NCBI GenBank assembly: GCA_951406725.2
Contig: OX597832.1
Span: 43,214,001 to 43,278,000 of the forward strand
Direction of reading: 5' to 3'
Origin: Octopus vulgaris
Taxonomy: Eukaryota
DNA length: 64,000 nucleotides
Notes under the pieces: model-generated
Database searches by the model: none
Seen by the model: only the letters and a program-made list of their open reading frames with translations
What the model was told of the DNA's origin: nothing
Shown here: positions 1 to 14,420 of the stretch, one piece after another
Position numbering within the stretch: position 1 is the first letter of the stretch
Layout: the number at the start of each line of letters is the position of its first letter
Translations under genes and position numbers: made by a program

Positions 1-107
1 CTGTGTATTTAAGGTGAAATGTTGTATGTGGTTCGATGATATAAAGTCTATGTTTTCAGCATATTAGCATAGAATTGTTTTCTTTAGCTCTTATTTATAA
101 TTTTATG

Positions 108-166
<59 letters not shown>

Positions 167-328
167 ATGTCCCATTTTCTGTTTGTTGGCCTTTTACTTA
201 ATCCTGAAAATATATACATACATACATACATACATGCATATATATATCCATTCATATAAACATATACGCATATCACACACACCTATACACATTTACATAC
301 AATCTTATATATGCGTGTAAATGTATAT

Positions 329-407
<79 letters not shown>

Positions 408-693
408 CAAAATAGGCAACAAGAATATCCAGAGGTAATGCAGAACGATCGTTTCAAGCAATTCCATTTAATTGAACAATGCAATCATAAACTACTTAGA
501 TTATAATTTAATATATAGTTAGCATATTCTTTTACCTCAGTACTCATTTATTAAATACCAGTAAATACCAATTGATCAATCTTCAAAGATAACCATCTGA
601 TAAGTTAGCATTTAAGTATATAATATATATAAATATTAAACTATTTCCAGATCATTTCTTTTCCAACCTCCATTGTGGTAAAAGTTTGGTATA

Positions 694-800
694 TACTCAA
701 AAGTATTCAAAAAAACTTTTTATCCTTTTGTTATAATAATCTTATAATAATTACTCAAAAGTATTCAAAAAACTTTTTATCCTTTTGTTATAATAATCTT
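694..800. repeat. Two-copy tandem duplication (~58 bp period)
   Basis: tactcaaaagtattcaaaaaa(a)ctttttatccttttgttataataatctt occurs at ~694 and ~752. Confidence 0.9.
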
Positions 801-1299
801 CTGAATAATCCTAAATTTTAACTATATACAATATGACAATATTGTTTAAAATATTTTGCTGTAGAACCACATGATAAGATTTCCCCTGTCTCATTATCGA
901 TGGTCACTATTGGCTTGCTCCTTTAATTGTCAGCTAACATCTTGTTTTAAGATTTCCTTTACCAAAGCTCATTATATTGCTTCAAATAAATCTTGATAGT
1001 TTTTTATGACTATACCCACTATGATTTCTGTCGACTCCCTCCTCTAGCAGACACTACTCCTTGTTCTTTTGGCCTTAGATGTACAAAGATTTGATAAACT
1101 AGTCTATAAATTAAAACTGACCCCATAAAACAGTGACAAGCAAAATCTGCAACAAGACTTTGTTCCTGATGCCTTAGTAGCTTCTTAGCTGAAGTGAAGA
1201 CAGCATGTTCTTTGTCCATCTCCTTACCTTCTTGGAAATTTTAGGCAAAATTATACTAAAGTGTCCATCTGTTTTAATTTAATTAAATTCTATGTCTTT

Positions 1300-1387
1300 A
1301 TGCAGCTGAGGATTGCTCTGCATTTAAATTGATGTAATGATTGCATTGTTCAATTAAATGGAGTTGCTTGAAACGATCGTACTGCAT
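1300..1387 (+). ncRNA. Type I hammerhead ribozyme motif (stem II base decayed)
   Basis: Stem I ATGCAG(1300-1305)/CTGCAT(1382-1387); core CTGAGGA 1306-1312; long imperfect stem II; GAAAC 1370-1374; palindromic stem III ACGATCGT; GTA triplet 1379-1381. Confidence 0.7.
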
Positions 1388-1780
1388 TACCTCTGGATAT
1401 CCTTGTTGATTATTTTGATTTTTATCATTTTGAGGATGTAATTTCCTCGTAAGGGATTGTTAATAACAATCCAGGCGCCAACTGGCTTTACCAAATATAC
1501 TGAAAGAAAGATCTACAATATATATGTATAAACAGGCTTATAAATTATAAAATCAATAAAAGAAAATGGAGAAGAAAAATATAATAGATGTTTTGTTCAT
1601 TTTATTTGTATCACAAAGGAAAGTTAATGCAAAGTAAAAGTGATACCTACAAGGATAATGATAAAAGGAAATAGATCAACAAAACAACCCAAAAATATCT
1701 GTAAAAAATCATACAATCCGAAAGTTTCAATCCGAAAGTATGTTTGAATCATAAAAGTTCGAACTATTATAGGTGTAATA

Positions 1781-1820
<40 letters not shown>

Positions 1821-1944
1821 TTACATTTATACATACACACACACACTCATATTACACATATGTATATGCTTGTATACTTACTATATTGGTATTTACAACT
1901 GGTTATGGTAATACTATGACAAACCAGAACTATATATGTGTGTG

Positions 1945-1990
<46 letters not shown>

Positions 1991-2096
1991 GCATACATAC
2001 ATATCTATATATGCATATATATACATACATACACACACATATACATACATAAATACATTCATACGTAGGTACATACATACATACATTTATATACAA

Positions 2097-2187
<91 letters not shown>
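2097..2187. repeat. (GATA)n microsatellite
   Basis: Direct reading. Confidence 0.97.
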
Positions 2188-2188
<1 letters not shown>

Positions 2189-2794
2189 AGTGGGAGAGGT
2201 GTCTTGAAGTGTGCTTGTGCGTATACATGTCGCGGTATTCTTTCTACATTACAACCACAATAGGCTTGAGTATATAATATACACCATGTATATTGTCGTG
2301 TAATATATATTCGTGTAATTTCGCTGAGCTGATGATAATGAGAAATTAAAAGGAAACCTAGTAAATAACGGTGTACGAAAATTTAACAGAGTGGACAGTA
2401 CAAATAAAACTCTAAGCTATAAAAATGACGCCATTTCTAAGCATAAACATTCAGAGGCAGACGATAACAGATACGGCACGCAACGATCACTACGGCATGC
2501 GTGTTTGCAGATACAGACACGAATGTCCGCTCAAAATGTCGGCTGTAAAATTAATACTTCGAAGTGCATTTAGATTTTCCTCTACAAACGAATCGATGAA
2601 GACATTTGCAGCATAAAACAAACATCAATCGACTGCAGGTGTTGTAGCGAATTAATAAACCAAGCAATAGAACAACGCAAACGCCAAACCAATGGTAATA
2701 AAAGCACCGAACGCTACAATGTATCTATTCAAAATAAGCAAACCGCACGTATCTTACGTCACATTATCGAACAGATGAACAGATTTTAGGCACA

Positions 2795-2945
2795 AACATG
2801 GATAGGTGGTTAAGAAGGCCATTTCACAACTACGTAGTTTCGGGTTCAGAAACCATTGCGTGACACCTTGAGCAAGTGTCTTCCACTATAACAAGGTCCT
2901 TGTGAAAAATAGGTTAGCGAAAACTGTGCAGAAGCCCATCGTATA
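2795..2945 (+). mobile_element. Diverged 5' fragment of SINE family B (CORE-like)
   Basis: gtggttaag A box, gggttcag B-box-like segment and caccttgagcaagtgtcttccactata match the full copy at 47461. Confidence 0.7.
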
Positions 2946-2959
2946 CATCTGGGTCTTAA

Positions 2960-3559
2960 TTCTTTATTGCCCAAAAGGGGCTAAACATAGTGGGGACAAA
3001 CAAGGAAAGACAAACGGATTAAGTCGATTACATCGACTCCAGTGCGTAATTGGTACTTAATTTATCGACCCCGAAAGGATGAAAGTCAAAGTCGACCTCG
3101 GCGGAATTTGAACTCAGAATGTAACAGCAGACGAAATACCTATTTCTTTACTACCCACAAGGGGCTAAACACAGAGAGGCGACAAACAAGGAAAGACAAA
3201 CGGATTAAGTCGATTACATCGAACCCAGTGCGTAACTGGTACTTAATTTATCGATCCCGAAAGGATGAAAGGCGAAGTCGACCTCGGCGGAATTTGAATT
3301 CAGAATGTAACGGCAGACGAAATACCTATTTCTTTACTACCCACAAGGGGCTAAACACAGAGAGGACAAACAAGGAAAGACAAACGAATTAAGTCGATTA
3401 CATCGACTCCTGTGCGTAATTGGTACTTAATTTATCGACCCCGAAAGGATGAAAGGCAAAGTCGACCTCGGCGGAATTTGAACTCAGAACGTAACGGCAG
3501 ACGAAATACGGCTACGCATTTCCCCCGTCGTGCTAACGTTTCTGCCAGATCGCCGCCTT
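2960..3559 (-). mobile_element. tRNA-derived SINE family A, head plus three tandem ~185-bp body units
   Basis: Minus-strand head GGCGGCGATCTGGCAGAAACGTTAGC (A box) and GAGTTCAAATTCC (B box). The body gtcgactttgcctttcatcctttcggggtcgataaattaagtacc...aaagaaatag is repeated three times. Confidence 0.9.
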
Positions 3560-3801
3560 ATATTAATCACAAACGATAAGAAGCACTCCTTGCCTGAATA
3601 AGTCTGAACAAGATAGTCTCTGTTGCAATGTTCTTACTTATAAGTCACTTTCATTGATGGTGACCTGAGAGCCAGCACCAACGAAAGGCACTTGGCAATT
3701 CAGCTAATTAGTTAATGGGCCGCTTAGACAATCGAAATTCCGATTCTATTTCATTTGGCAAATTATAAAAATATACGGAACTCCTTCTTTGGCGTAACTT
3801 C

Positions 3802-3833
<32 letters not shown>

Positions 3834-4049
3834 CAGCTTTATACCTGTTTCTCTCCATCTGTCTCTAAATTTGTATACATGTGTCTGCGTGTGGGGTGAG
3901 TATTTATTTATGTGTATACGCACATGTGTGTGAGTGTGTGGGCATCCCAACACACATATTAGATAGATAGATAGATAGATAGATAGACACACACATATAT
4001 ATAATAGAAATATAAACACATATACATATTAAAGTTACATATACTGTAT

Positions 4050-4068
4050 TATATTATACTATATATAT

Positions 4069-4099
<31 letters not shown>

Positions 4100-4102
4100 G
4101 TG

Positions 4103-4151
<49 letters not shown>

Positions 4152-4271
4152 GTATATATATGTGTATATATATAATATATATATATACATATATATATAT
4201 AATGTATATATATATAATATTATATATATATATATATTATATATATATATATATATATAATATTATATATA

Positions 4272-4358
<87 letters not shown>

Positions 4359-4417
4359 TATATATATAATATTATATATATATATGTATATATAATATAT
4401 ATATATATGTATATATA

Positions 4418-4476
<59 letters not shown>

Positions 4477-4490
4477 ATTATATATAGATA
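4050..4490. repeat. Imperfect (TA)n microsatellite
   Basis: Direct reading. Confidence 0.97.
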
Positions 4491-4740
4491 ACTAACTTTT
4501 TATAGATAGAGAGAGAGAGAGAGAGCGAGAGATTAGATGTAAATATATGAATGTGGTGCCCGTGTCGGTGTGTATAGACGGATATGAATATACTTGTATA
4601 TATGCATATATGACTCTCTCATTAGTTATGTCTGACGGTGGCAGTGGTTGTTATGTCTGCTCTGCCGCCCCCCTTCCTTCCCTCCCACCCTCCTCCTTGC
4701 ACAGACACATTCATAATCTCTGTGCCGCGTCTACCACCAA

Positions 4741-5300
<560 letters not shown>

Positions 5301-6198
5301 CATGCACATAACTTCTAACAGACATCCCTTCTGGTGGTTGTGCTCGTGGCGGAGGCGGGGGCGGAGCGATGGCGGCGGAGGCGGTGGAAGCGGTGGGAGC
5401 GGTGGCGGCGGCAGCGGGTGGATGACATATTCTCCACCCCCACCCCACCCCTATCATCACCAGCAACGATAACGCAAATCATCACAGCCGGACTCGTCAC
5501 TTCCACTACTATCACCCCACACCCCCACACGCAAATATTCCCCCACCTCCCCGGCCCCTAGGTCCCTATCTATTTTACACGCACCACCTCTCACCCTTGT
5601 TCCACCACACCCGACAGCTCACCCAGCACACGACATTGAACCACCCACCAAAACACCCGACACATACACACCTACACACATATACACACACATACACACA
5701 CAAACACAATCACACACTCCTGCACACATATACACGCACATACATATATGCACAATCACACATATACTCACATACATATACTTACACACTCACATACACA
5801 CATACAAATACGTACTCACATACACATATTCTCCTACATATATATATATATATATATATACATACACATACACGACCACATAGCCCTATACACATGCATA
5901 TACACACATACAGACATTTACACATACACAATCACACACATATACACGCACATACTTATATGTAAAATCACACACACATACACACATATACCTACACGCT
6001 TACATACACAAACACATACCCCTATACACATGCATACACACACATACAGGCACACACACATACACGATCACACACTCCTGCACATATATATATATGTACT
6101 TACACATATACACAATCATACACATATACACACACATACCCTTACACACATGCATACATACACAATCATACACTCCTACACACATATACACTCATAAA

Positions 6199-6229
<31 letters not shown>

Positions 6230-6304
6230 TAAGCACCGCCACCTATCCTCTCTCTCTCTCTCTCTCTCTCTCTGCCTGTTTCTCCCTCTCTCCCTTTCTG
6301 TATG

Positions 6305-6475
6305 TGGGCACCCGGAATGCTTAAAATAGCAGCTACAGCTCAGTCAAATCACGCCCTATCGTCTGACAATAGAAGGACGCACTAGATAATGTGTCTTGGG
6401 TTACTTGCACACAGGGAAAGGCGAGATGGTCACGGCTGGAACGCCCTTCATCATGGGCATTGGTCTAAGCAACTA
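6305..6475 (+). mobile_element. Old interspersed repeat (retroposon 3' part, family D)
   Basis: aaatagcagc...aaatcac.ccta...gatggtcacggctggaacgcc. Related diverged copies at ~7770-7975 (ending in (CAA)n), ~17000-17155 and ~17205-17250. Confidence 0.6.
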
Positions 6476-6529
6476 CAACATGTACATCGAAAATGTCTCC
6501 CCCACCCTACCCCGTCATCCACGCACAAA

Positions 6530-6897
6530 CAACAACCACACTGCCGCTACTGGAACCCACACAACCACAAATCTCACCACTATTGAAACCACCCAAACCA
6601 CAACATCCACCACTGCTGCCACCAACACCACAACTACAACCACCATCACTTTACCATACAACCTCCCAAAGATCCATCCCACTACTACTACTACTGCTGC
6701 TGCTACTACTACTACTACAACAATTACTACTACTACAGTTACTACTGCTACTACTACTACAGTTACTATTACATCACCATCACCAACACGACCACCACCA
6801 ACACCCACCATCACCATCAACACTGCCACCAGCACCCAAACCTTGCACCCACCACCACCATTACTACAACTACCAGTACAACCGCTACTACTACAAT

Positions 6898-6942
<45 letters not shown>

Positions 6943-7700
6943 CGCCAATGCTACCTCCATTACCACCACAACCATCCTTGTGATACATCTTTCTATGCAG
7001 TCATCCTCCGCCATACTATCACCACTACATCACCAATCCAATCGTCGTTCAATGCTATTCTCACCACTCCCACAACACCCACCACCACCACCACCACCAC
7101 CACCACCACCACCACCGCCACCACTACAGTATGGGCAAGCACTACCCCTACCTTAGTTTCTGACATACCTTCCATAAAAACCATTGTACGATTCTCTTCA
7201 CAACACCAAACAACACTACCACTATCACCACTGCCACCACCACTACCAACAACAACAGCACACACCAGTACCACCATCACCTCCATCACTACCACTATCT
7301 CCACCACTACCGCTGCCGCCACAACCATCATCATCAGCATCACCATCACCATCAACACCACGCACCAACACTAACACACCCCACCAGCACCAGCACCATC
7401 TTCACCACCATCTCCACCACTAGTATCGTCATCATACCACCATCACTACCGGCACGACCACCATCACCACCAACCACCAACACTATCACCACCATCACCA
7501 CCGCCACCACCACCACCGCCACAGGCACCTACCAACACCTACCCACCACCACCCATCCATCATCACCACCGCCACCATCACCACCACCACCACCACCACC
7601 ACCGCCACCATCACCACCGCCACAAGCACCTACTAACACCTACCCATCACTACCCACCCATCACCACCCACCCACCCACCACCACCTTTACCACAACTAG
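6530..7700. repeat. CAC/TAC-rich low-complexity tract
   Basis: Degenerate (CAC)n and (TAC)n runs. Confidence 0.9.
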
Positions 7701-7769
7701 TAAGCAACCTCTATCGAACACCCTCATCACCTCCATCATGAACACAGTCAAACTAACGAGGGTGCCTCT

Positions 7770-7975
7770 CCGAGGTCACTTGATCTGCCTAAAATAGAAA
7801 CCAAATCTCCCTCACATCGCACCCTACTCACTTGGGAAGATAAAACGTGTCCGAAGACGAGTTCGTGAGAAAACAGGCGTGATGGTCACGCCAGGAATGT
7901 CTTTATCATAGTTCTGCTCAATCAGAATTGAGTTAGGCCCAAAGAACAACAACAACAACAACAACCAAGAAAAAG
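7770..7975 (+). mobile_element. Old interspersed repeat family D with (CAA)n tail
   Basis: aaaatagaaaccaaatctccctcacatcgcacccta...gatggtcacgccaggaatgtctttatcatag...caacaacaac. Confidence 0.6.
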
Positions 7976-8163
7976 CAACAACAGAACTTCCACTAGACTA
8001 TCATCATTGAATTACCACCACACACACACGATTGACCTTCGACCCCAACATGGTCAACACCAGTAACATGCGCACGCATACATGCATGCACATGCGTACA
8101 CACGCGCACACATAATACAATTGCATGTTTGTAAATATATATTGTGTGCGTCTGTGTCTCTAT

Positions 8164-8201
<38 letters not shown>

Positions 8202-8261
8202 GCACACACTCACACACAGACATACAGACACATAGAGTGAGAGAGAGAGACAGACATACAC

Positions 8262-8520
<259 letters not shown>

Positions 8521-9235
8521 CACTCATGCATAGACATATATAGAGATACAAGCATAGCCACACAAACACATACACAACCACAAGCACATACACACACAGA
8601 CACAGAGATAGTGGCAGAGACAGACATATGCACGCAAACACACCGTGCCCCCCACGCCCATACGCACATACTCATCTCCCCTCAAAACCCCACAAATGCA
8701 AATATAAGATCTACACACACACATACAAACACACAGCTCCTTACACATACACTTTCAGCTGCCAACTTTAATTTACAGTCATGAATCATGAAGGAAAATG
8801 GCAATATCCGGGCATCTTCCGGGATCTTAAGTATGTTCGTGGCAAGATGTGTGTGCTTTTGTGCCCATATGTATGCGTGTGTCTGCGTTTGCGGGCGCGC
8901 CGTGTGTGTTTGGGGCTGGGGGTTTATTTGTGTGTTTGCATGTATGTTTGTGTGTCATTGAAATGACATTGGCGTATTCGAGTTTACAAGAACAGCGATC
9001 AGGTGACCTCGCCCTTTCCTTAGTTTCCCGTAAGATGGAGGAGCAAAGGGAAGACATGAAATGCAAAATTCTTGAAAACAAATCAGTTTAATGGTGTTCT
9101 CATCAAATGTGTGTGTGTATGTGTGTGTGTGTGTGTGCGAGAGAGCGTGTGTGTGTTTATGTAAGTCAATATATGCATACATGCACGCGCCCACCCACAC
9201 ATATATACATATATATGGATATATATATTTATATG

Positions 9236-9299
<64 letters not shown>

Positions 9300-9368
9300 T
9301 CTGTATATACACACATATATGCATATATATGCATATAAATAAACATACACGAACATACAAAGATACAA

Positions 9369-9442
<74 letters not shown>

Positions 9443-9557
9443 CACTTGTCACATCCTGGGACCTTGAAGACTGCTTTAATGCAAGAAAATCCCTTAATAT
9501 TTGATATTCAATATTTCATCTATTCAATAAGACAATCAATACTTCATTTCATTTTAC

Positions 9558-9599
<42 letters not shown>

Positions 9600-9716
9600 C
9601 TATATATTCTCTATTCTACATTAATATCATAAAGAATATAAATAAAAGATAAAAACAGACAGAGTTGGAATTCCTTTGAATAATATATATCCCTCTATAC
9701 ACAATCATACAAACCC

Positions 9717-9782
<66 letters not shown>

Positions 9783-10769
9783 CTTATAAACAAGGGCAAA
9801 AGAAAAACATTCTAATGCTAAAAATGCCGAAAATCGACTTAAATCGTCAATAACCATATAATTCATCATTATAAGCACGCGTCTCGAAGTAAGCCGACAG
9901 AAATTTCAAAAAATCCCGTTATTATCGTATCGGCTCCGATTTCAGAGTTAATTCATAAGAATTTTCTATATATGTTAAACTCAGTAATTACACCCCGGTC
10001 TCGAACTATTTCCGCTCTACCGGTCATTCATTACAAAACCTGTCTGTGTTCGTGCTGTCTTTGCACAGGGGCCATCTGGAATCCCGCCTTCACCGTGATC
10101 AAGTGTTAATCTTCTCTCTTCGTTCCTTTGCACCCTGTGGATTCAACTCTCCTCCCCTCTTCATCTGACACCATCCTCTCCTCTCTTCATCTGACACCTA
10201 CTTCCTCTCTTCACTCCTACCCACCTCTCCTCTCTTGTTCTGAGACCTACTTCTTCTCTTCACTCCTGCCCACCTTCTCTTCATTGATACCCCTCCGTCC
10301 ACATTCCACTCCACGTACCCCACCCTTATCCCACACCTCCACTGCACATCTTCACCCCACGCCCACACCACACCCTCACATCCTCACACCGTCACACCAC
10401 AACACCACATAGCACCACCCCATACCACTCCACACACACTAGCACTGGCCACTTCCCAGCACCCATATCACACACCATTATCTGCACACCCACACACTAT
10501 CATTTACACACCCACACCATCGTCCACACATTACGGACGTACACACTTACACACGCACTCATCAACACGTCAAAGTCACTAGCCCTTATCCACATACACA
10601 CACTTACGCATTCTCACATACACACATGCATGCACACCTTCGTTTTGAGATCAGCATTACTTTAGTATCTCCCTTCTTCCTAGCTCTTCTGTCAACTATT
10701 TTCCCAACCAGTTGCTATGATTGATCGCTAAGTCCACAAGTTTTTTAATTCCCTCTCGGTTTATTTCCT

Positions 10770-10905
10770 CATATGTTTTTCTGTTGATGAGCGTAGGCTC
10801 GAAACGTAAAAGACTTTCTCACTTTCCCGAGCGTCAAACTAATACATCTGCTTGTTGTTCATACTCCTATCTTCGTCTATTGTGTTTCTGTAAATTTCAA
10901 CTACA
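10770..10905 (+). mobile_element. Penelope pLTR-like fragment with variant minimal hammerhead
   Basis: CTGTTGATGAGCGTAGGCTCGAAACGTA at 10781-10808, then gagcgtcaaactaataca... shared with copies at 16545, 25470, 37555 and 43845; ends at (TA)n. Confidence 0.65.
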
Positions 10906-10927
10906 TACATATATATATATATATATA

Positions 10928-11515
10928 TAAGAAATATTGAGTTTCTAAATCTCTCGTAGAGAGGTGTACGGTGGTGGAGCGATAGAATGGTTGTATACTG
11001 TCAATCTAACAAGAACGTGACAGTAGAGGGGTACACCACCGTTATATAGCCCTAGGAGGCATCGAACGCCTCCTGACAGCTTCGACACATTTTATCCTGT
11101 GTCCTTATATACACATACGAAGGGGAGACAAACACCCCCAACCGCCGGAACTGCATCTAGGGACACCGTGTTTCAGGATCATTGTCCTTCATCGGCCTAG
11201 AGTAGCAGACACCGGTCAGCTGGCGATGTCTGTCTCGACTTCGTATCTGTATATATCTATAGTCAGTGAAGTCTATTCACTGATTATCAAAATAAGAAAT
11301 ATTGAGTTTCTAAATCTCTCGTAGAGAGGTGTACGGTGGTGGAGCGATATAATGGTTGTATACAGTCAATCTAACAAGAACGTGACAGTATGGGGGTACA
11401 CCACCGTTATATAGCCCTAGGAGGCATCGAACGCCTCCTGACAGCTTCGACACATTTTATCCTGTGTCCTTATATACACATACGAAGGGGAGACAAACAC
11501 CCCCAACCGCCGGAA
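10928..11515 (-). mobile_element. Retrozyme-like element: 1.6 tandem copies of a 365-bp hammerhead-containing unit
   Basis: 10928-11150 recurs at 11293-11515 (period 365, about 4 mismatches). The unit carries a type I HHR (11151-11208) and many hairpins, with no meaningful ORF. Confidence 0.8.
11151..11208 (-). ncRNA. Type I hammerhead ribozyme (U4C core variant)
   Basis: Minus strand reads CUGC-UAC-UCUAGG-CCGAUGA-AGGA-CAAUGA-UCCU-GAA-ACAC-G-GUGU-C-CCUAGA-U-GCAG: all three stems pair. GUC cleavage predicted between 11162 and 11161. Confidence 0.88.
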
Positions 11516-11519
11516 GATT

Positions 11520-11897
11520 AACTGTGTGATAAGAGGCTTACTTCCCAACCACATGGATCCTGGTTCAGTCTCATTACGTGGCACCTCGGGCAAGTGTTTT
11601 CTACCATAGCTAACCAAAGCCTTGAGAGTGGATTTGGTAGACGGAAACTGGAAGAAGCCCATCGTATATACATGTATATATTTGTGTGAGTCTGTATTTG
11701 TCTCACCCCTCCGCTATCGATTGACAACCGATGCTGGTGTGTTTATGTCCCCGTAACATAGTGGTTTGACAAAAGACACCAATAGAATAAGCATTAGGCT
11801 AACAAAGAATAAGTCCTGTGGTCGATTTCTTCGACCAACACTCTTCAACGCGGTGCTCCAGCATGGCTGCAGTCAAATTACTGATACAAGGAAAGAA
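11520..11897 (+). mobile_element. SINE family B (CORE-like), near full length
   Basis: Matches 47461-47857 throughout, ending gtgctccagcatggctgcagtcaaattactga. Confidence 0.88.
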
Positions 11898-11910
11898 AGT
11901 ATGTATATGC

Positions 11911-11982
<72 letters not shown>

Positions 11983-12086
11983 ATTCGTACTTATTTGTGC
12001 TTATTTATCACATAGATTTCAACTGGCAAAATGCCAAACTTTGTCCAACCTAAAGCATGTAGAAATAGAGACGGACAGGTAAACAA

Positions 12087-12543
<457 letters not shown>

Positions 12544-12928
12544 TAAAGAGAGAATATTGGTAAGTGTCAATATTATGCAGCGAATGATGCGATGTGGAAC
12601 CAAGAGAAAAGGAGAGGAACTGCAAATGATATGGCAAATCCAATCTAAGATTGTTGATCACTGATTAGGTTATTGGAATGTCACCAACAATACTTTGGTC
12701 TTTTTTTTTTGTTTGTTTTTTTGTGGGAGGGGTGGTGATTTCTTCCAATTTTTTTTTTTTTTGCTTGTCTTTGTTTGTTTGATCTTGTTTATTTATTATT
12801 TATTACTTATTTACGTTTTGCTTTGTTCTAGATGTCGATTATTTCCCCTTGGCAATGTGTCAGGAGTAATAGCGGAAATAACAGACGGAAGTATGATAAA
12901 TAAATAAATAAATGAATAAAATAAATAA

Positions 12929-12951
12929 ATGATGACGACGACGACGACGAC

Positions 12952-12995
<44 letters not shown>

Positions 12996-13008
12996 CGATG
13001 ACGATGAC

Positions 13009-13049
<41 letters not shown>

Positions 13050-13175
13050 CGATGACGATGACGATGACGATGATGGTGATGGTGATGGTGATGGTGATGA
13101 TGATGATGATGATGACGATGACGATGACGATGACGATGATGATGATGATGATAATGATGACGATGACGATGATGG

Positions 13176-13209
<34 letters not shown>

Positions 13210-13380
13210 AATGGTGACGACGACGACGATGATGATGATGACGATGATGATGAAGATGATGATGATGGTGACGACGATGATGATGATGATGGTGATGACG
13301 ACGACGACGACGATGATGATGATGAGGATGATGATGATGATGATGATGACGATGATGACGATGATGACGATGATGATGTT
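12929..13380. repeat. (GAT/GAC)n microsatellite
   Basis: Direct reading. Confidence 0.97.
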
Positions 13381-14110
13381 GATCTATCATGACCATAGTT
13401 TCTAGAGCTCTCTGACACCGACTTTTTTTTTCCAAGATGTCGACTGGTTCAGCCATTTTGTTTTTCTGTCTGCTTCTTTTTTTATTAATGTATGTGTTTG
13501 TGTGCGTGTAAAACCTCATACATACATACACACAGTCAGAGGACACTCACACACACACATACAGAAAAAACAGAGGACTCTCACATAGACACACACACAC
13601 ACACACACATATATATACACACACACATTCACTGCAAGCAATGTATTTTTGTACGCATTTTTATGTCATTTTTTGCTGCTGGTGATGTTATCGTTGATAA
13701 TGATGATGATGTTGATGACGATGAATGTGATGACAACGACGATGACGACGACGACGACGCTGATTATGATCATGACGGTGGAAGTGATGACGGAGGTGGT
13801 GGTTCTTGTGGTGGTTGTACTTGTGAATGTGTAGATACCATTGTCTGTTGTGAAACAATACTATTAAATAATGTAACGACGGCTGAGATCCTAAGGCGTG
13901 ATAAATATCCGATTAATTGTAGCGAGACGTGTGTACAAGCGTGTATGGACAATGCATGCGTGTGTGTTCCATGCAGTATTATCAAAGTTTATATAAATAT
14001 GACTATAAATATAAATATACGTATGTATAATGTGTGTATATAATGCTTTTCCGTTTTACTGCGCGCCCATTGTGTTTTTTTCTTATTTTCCATCCCTCAT
14101 TTGTCTCCCC

Positions 14111-14111
<1 letters not shown>

Positions 14112-14167
<56 letters not shown>

Positions 14168-14184
14168 CATCATCATCATCATTA

Positions 14185-14260
<76 letters not shown>

Positions 14261-14336
14261 GTTGTTGTTATTATTTTATTATTATTATTATCATTATTAT
14301 TATTATCATCATCATCATCATTATTATTATTATTAT

Positions 14337-14402
<66 letters not shown>

Positions 14403-14420
14403 GCTATTATTATTATTACT
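14112..14420. repeat. (TTA)n microsatellite
   Basis: Direct reading. Confidence 0.97.

Larger units (their letters stand above)
401..1520 (+). mobile_element. Penelope-like element remnant with inverted partial pLTR
   Basis: 401-488 is a near-perfect reverse complement of 1337-1425. The right copy overlaps a hammerhead motif (1300-1387) and both ends abut TA-rich tracts. Inverted partial pLTRs plus an HHR are typical of PLEs. No intact RT or GIY-YIG ORF seen. Confidence 0.6.

Noticed and set aside
9870-9965. Possible decayed hammerhead (GAGACGCGU, UUAUGA) on the minus strand
   Set aside because: Both core segments are mutated; cannot be supported without a consensus.
13380-13456. Minus-strand MAEPVDILEKKSRCQRALETMV with a good start context
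   Set aside because: Runs directly into a (CAT)n microsatellite; no homology recognised.
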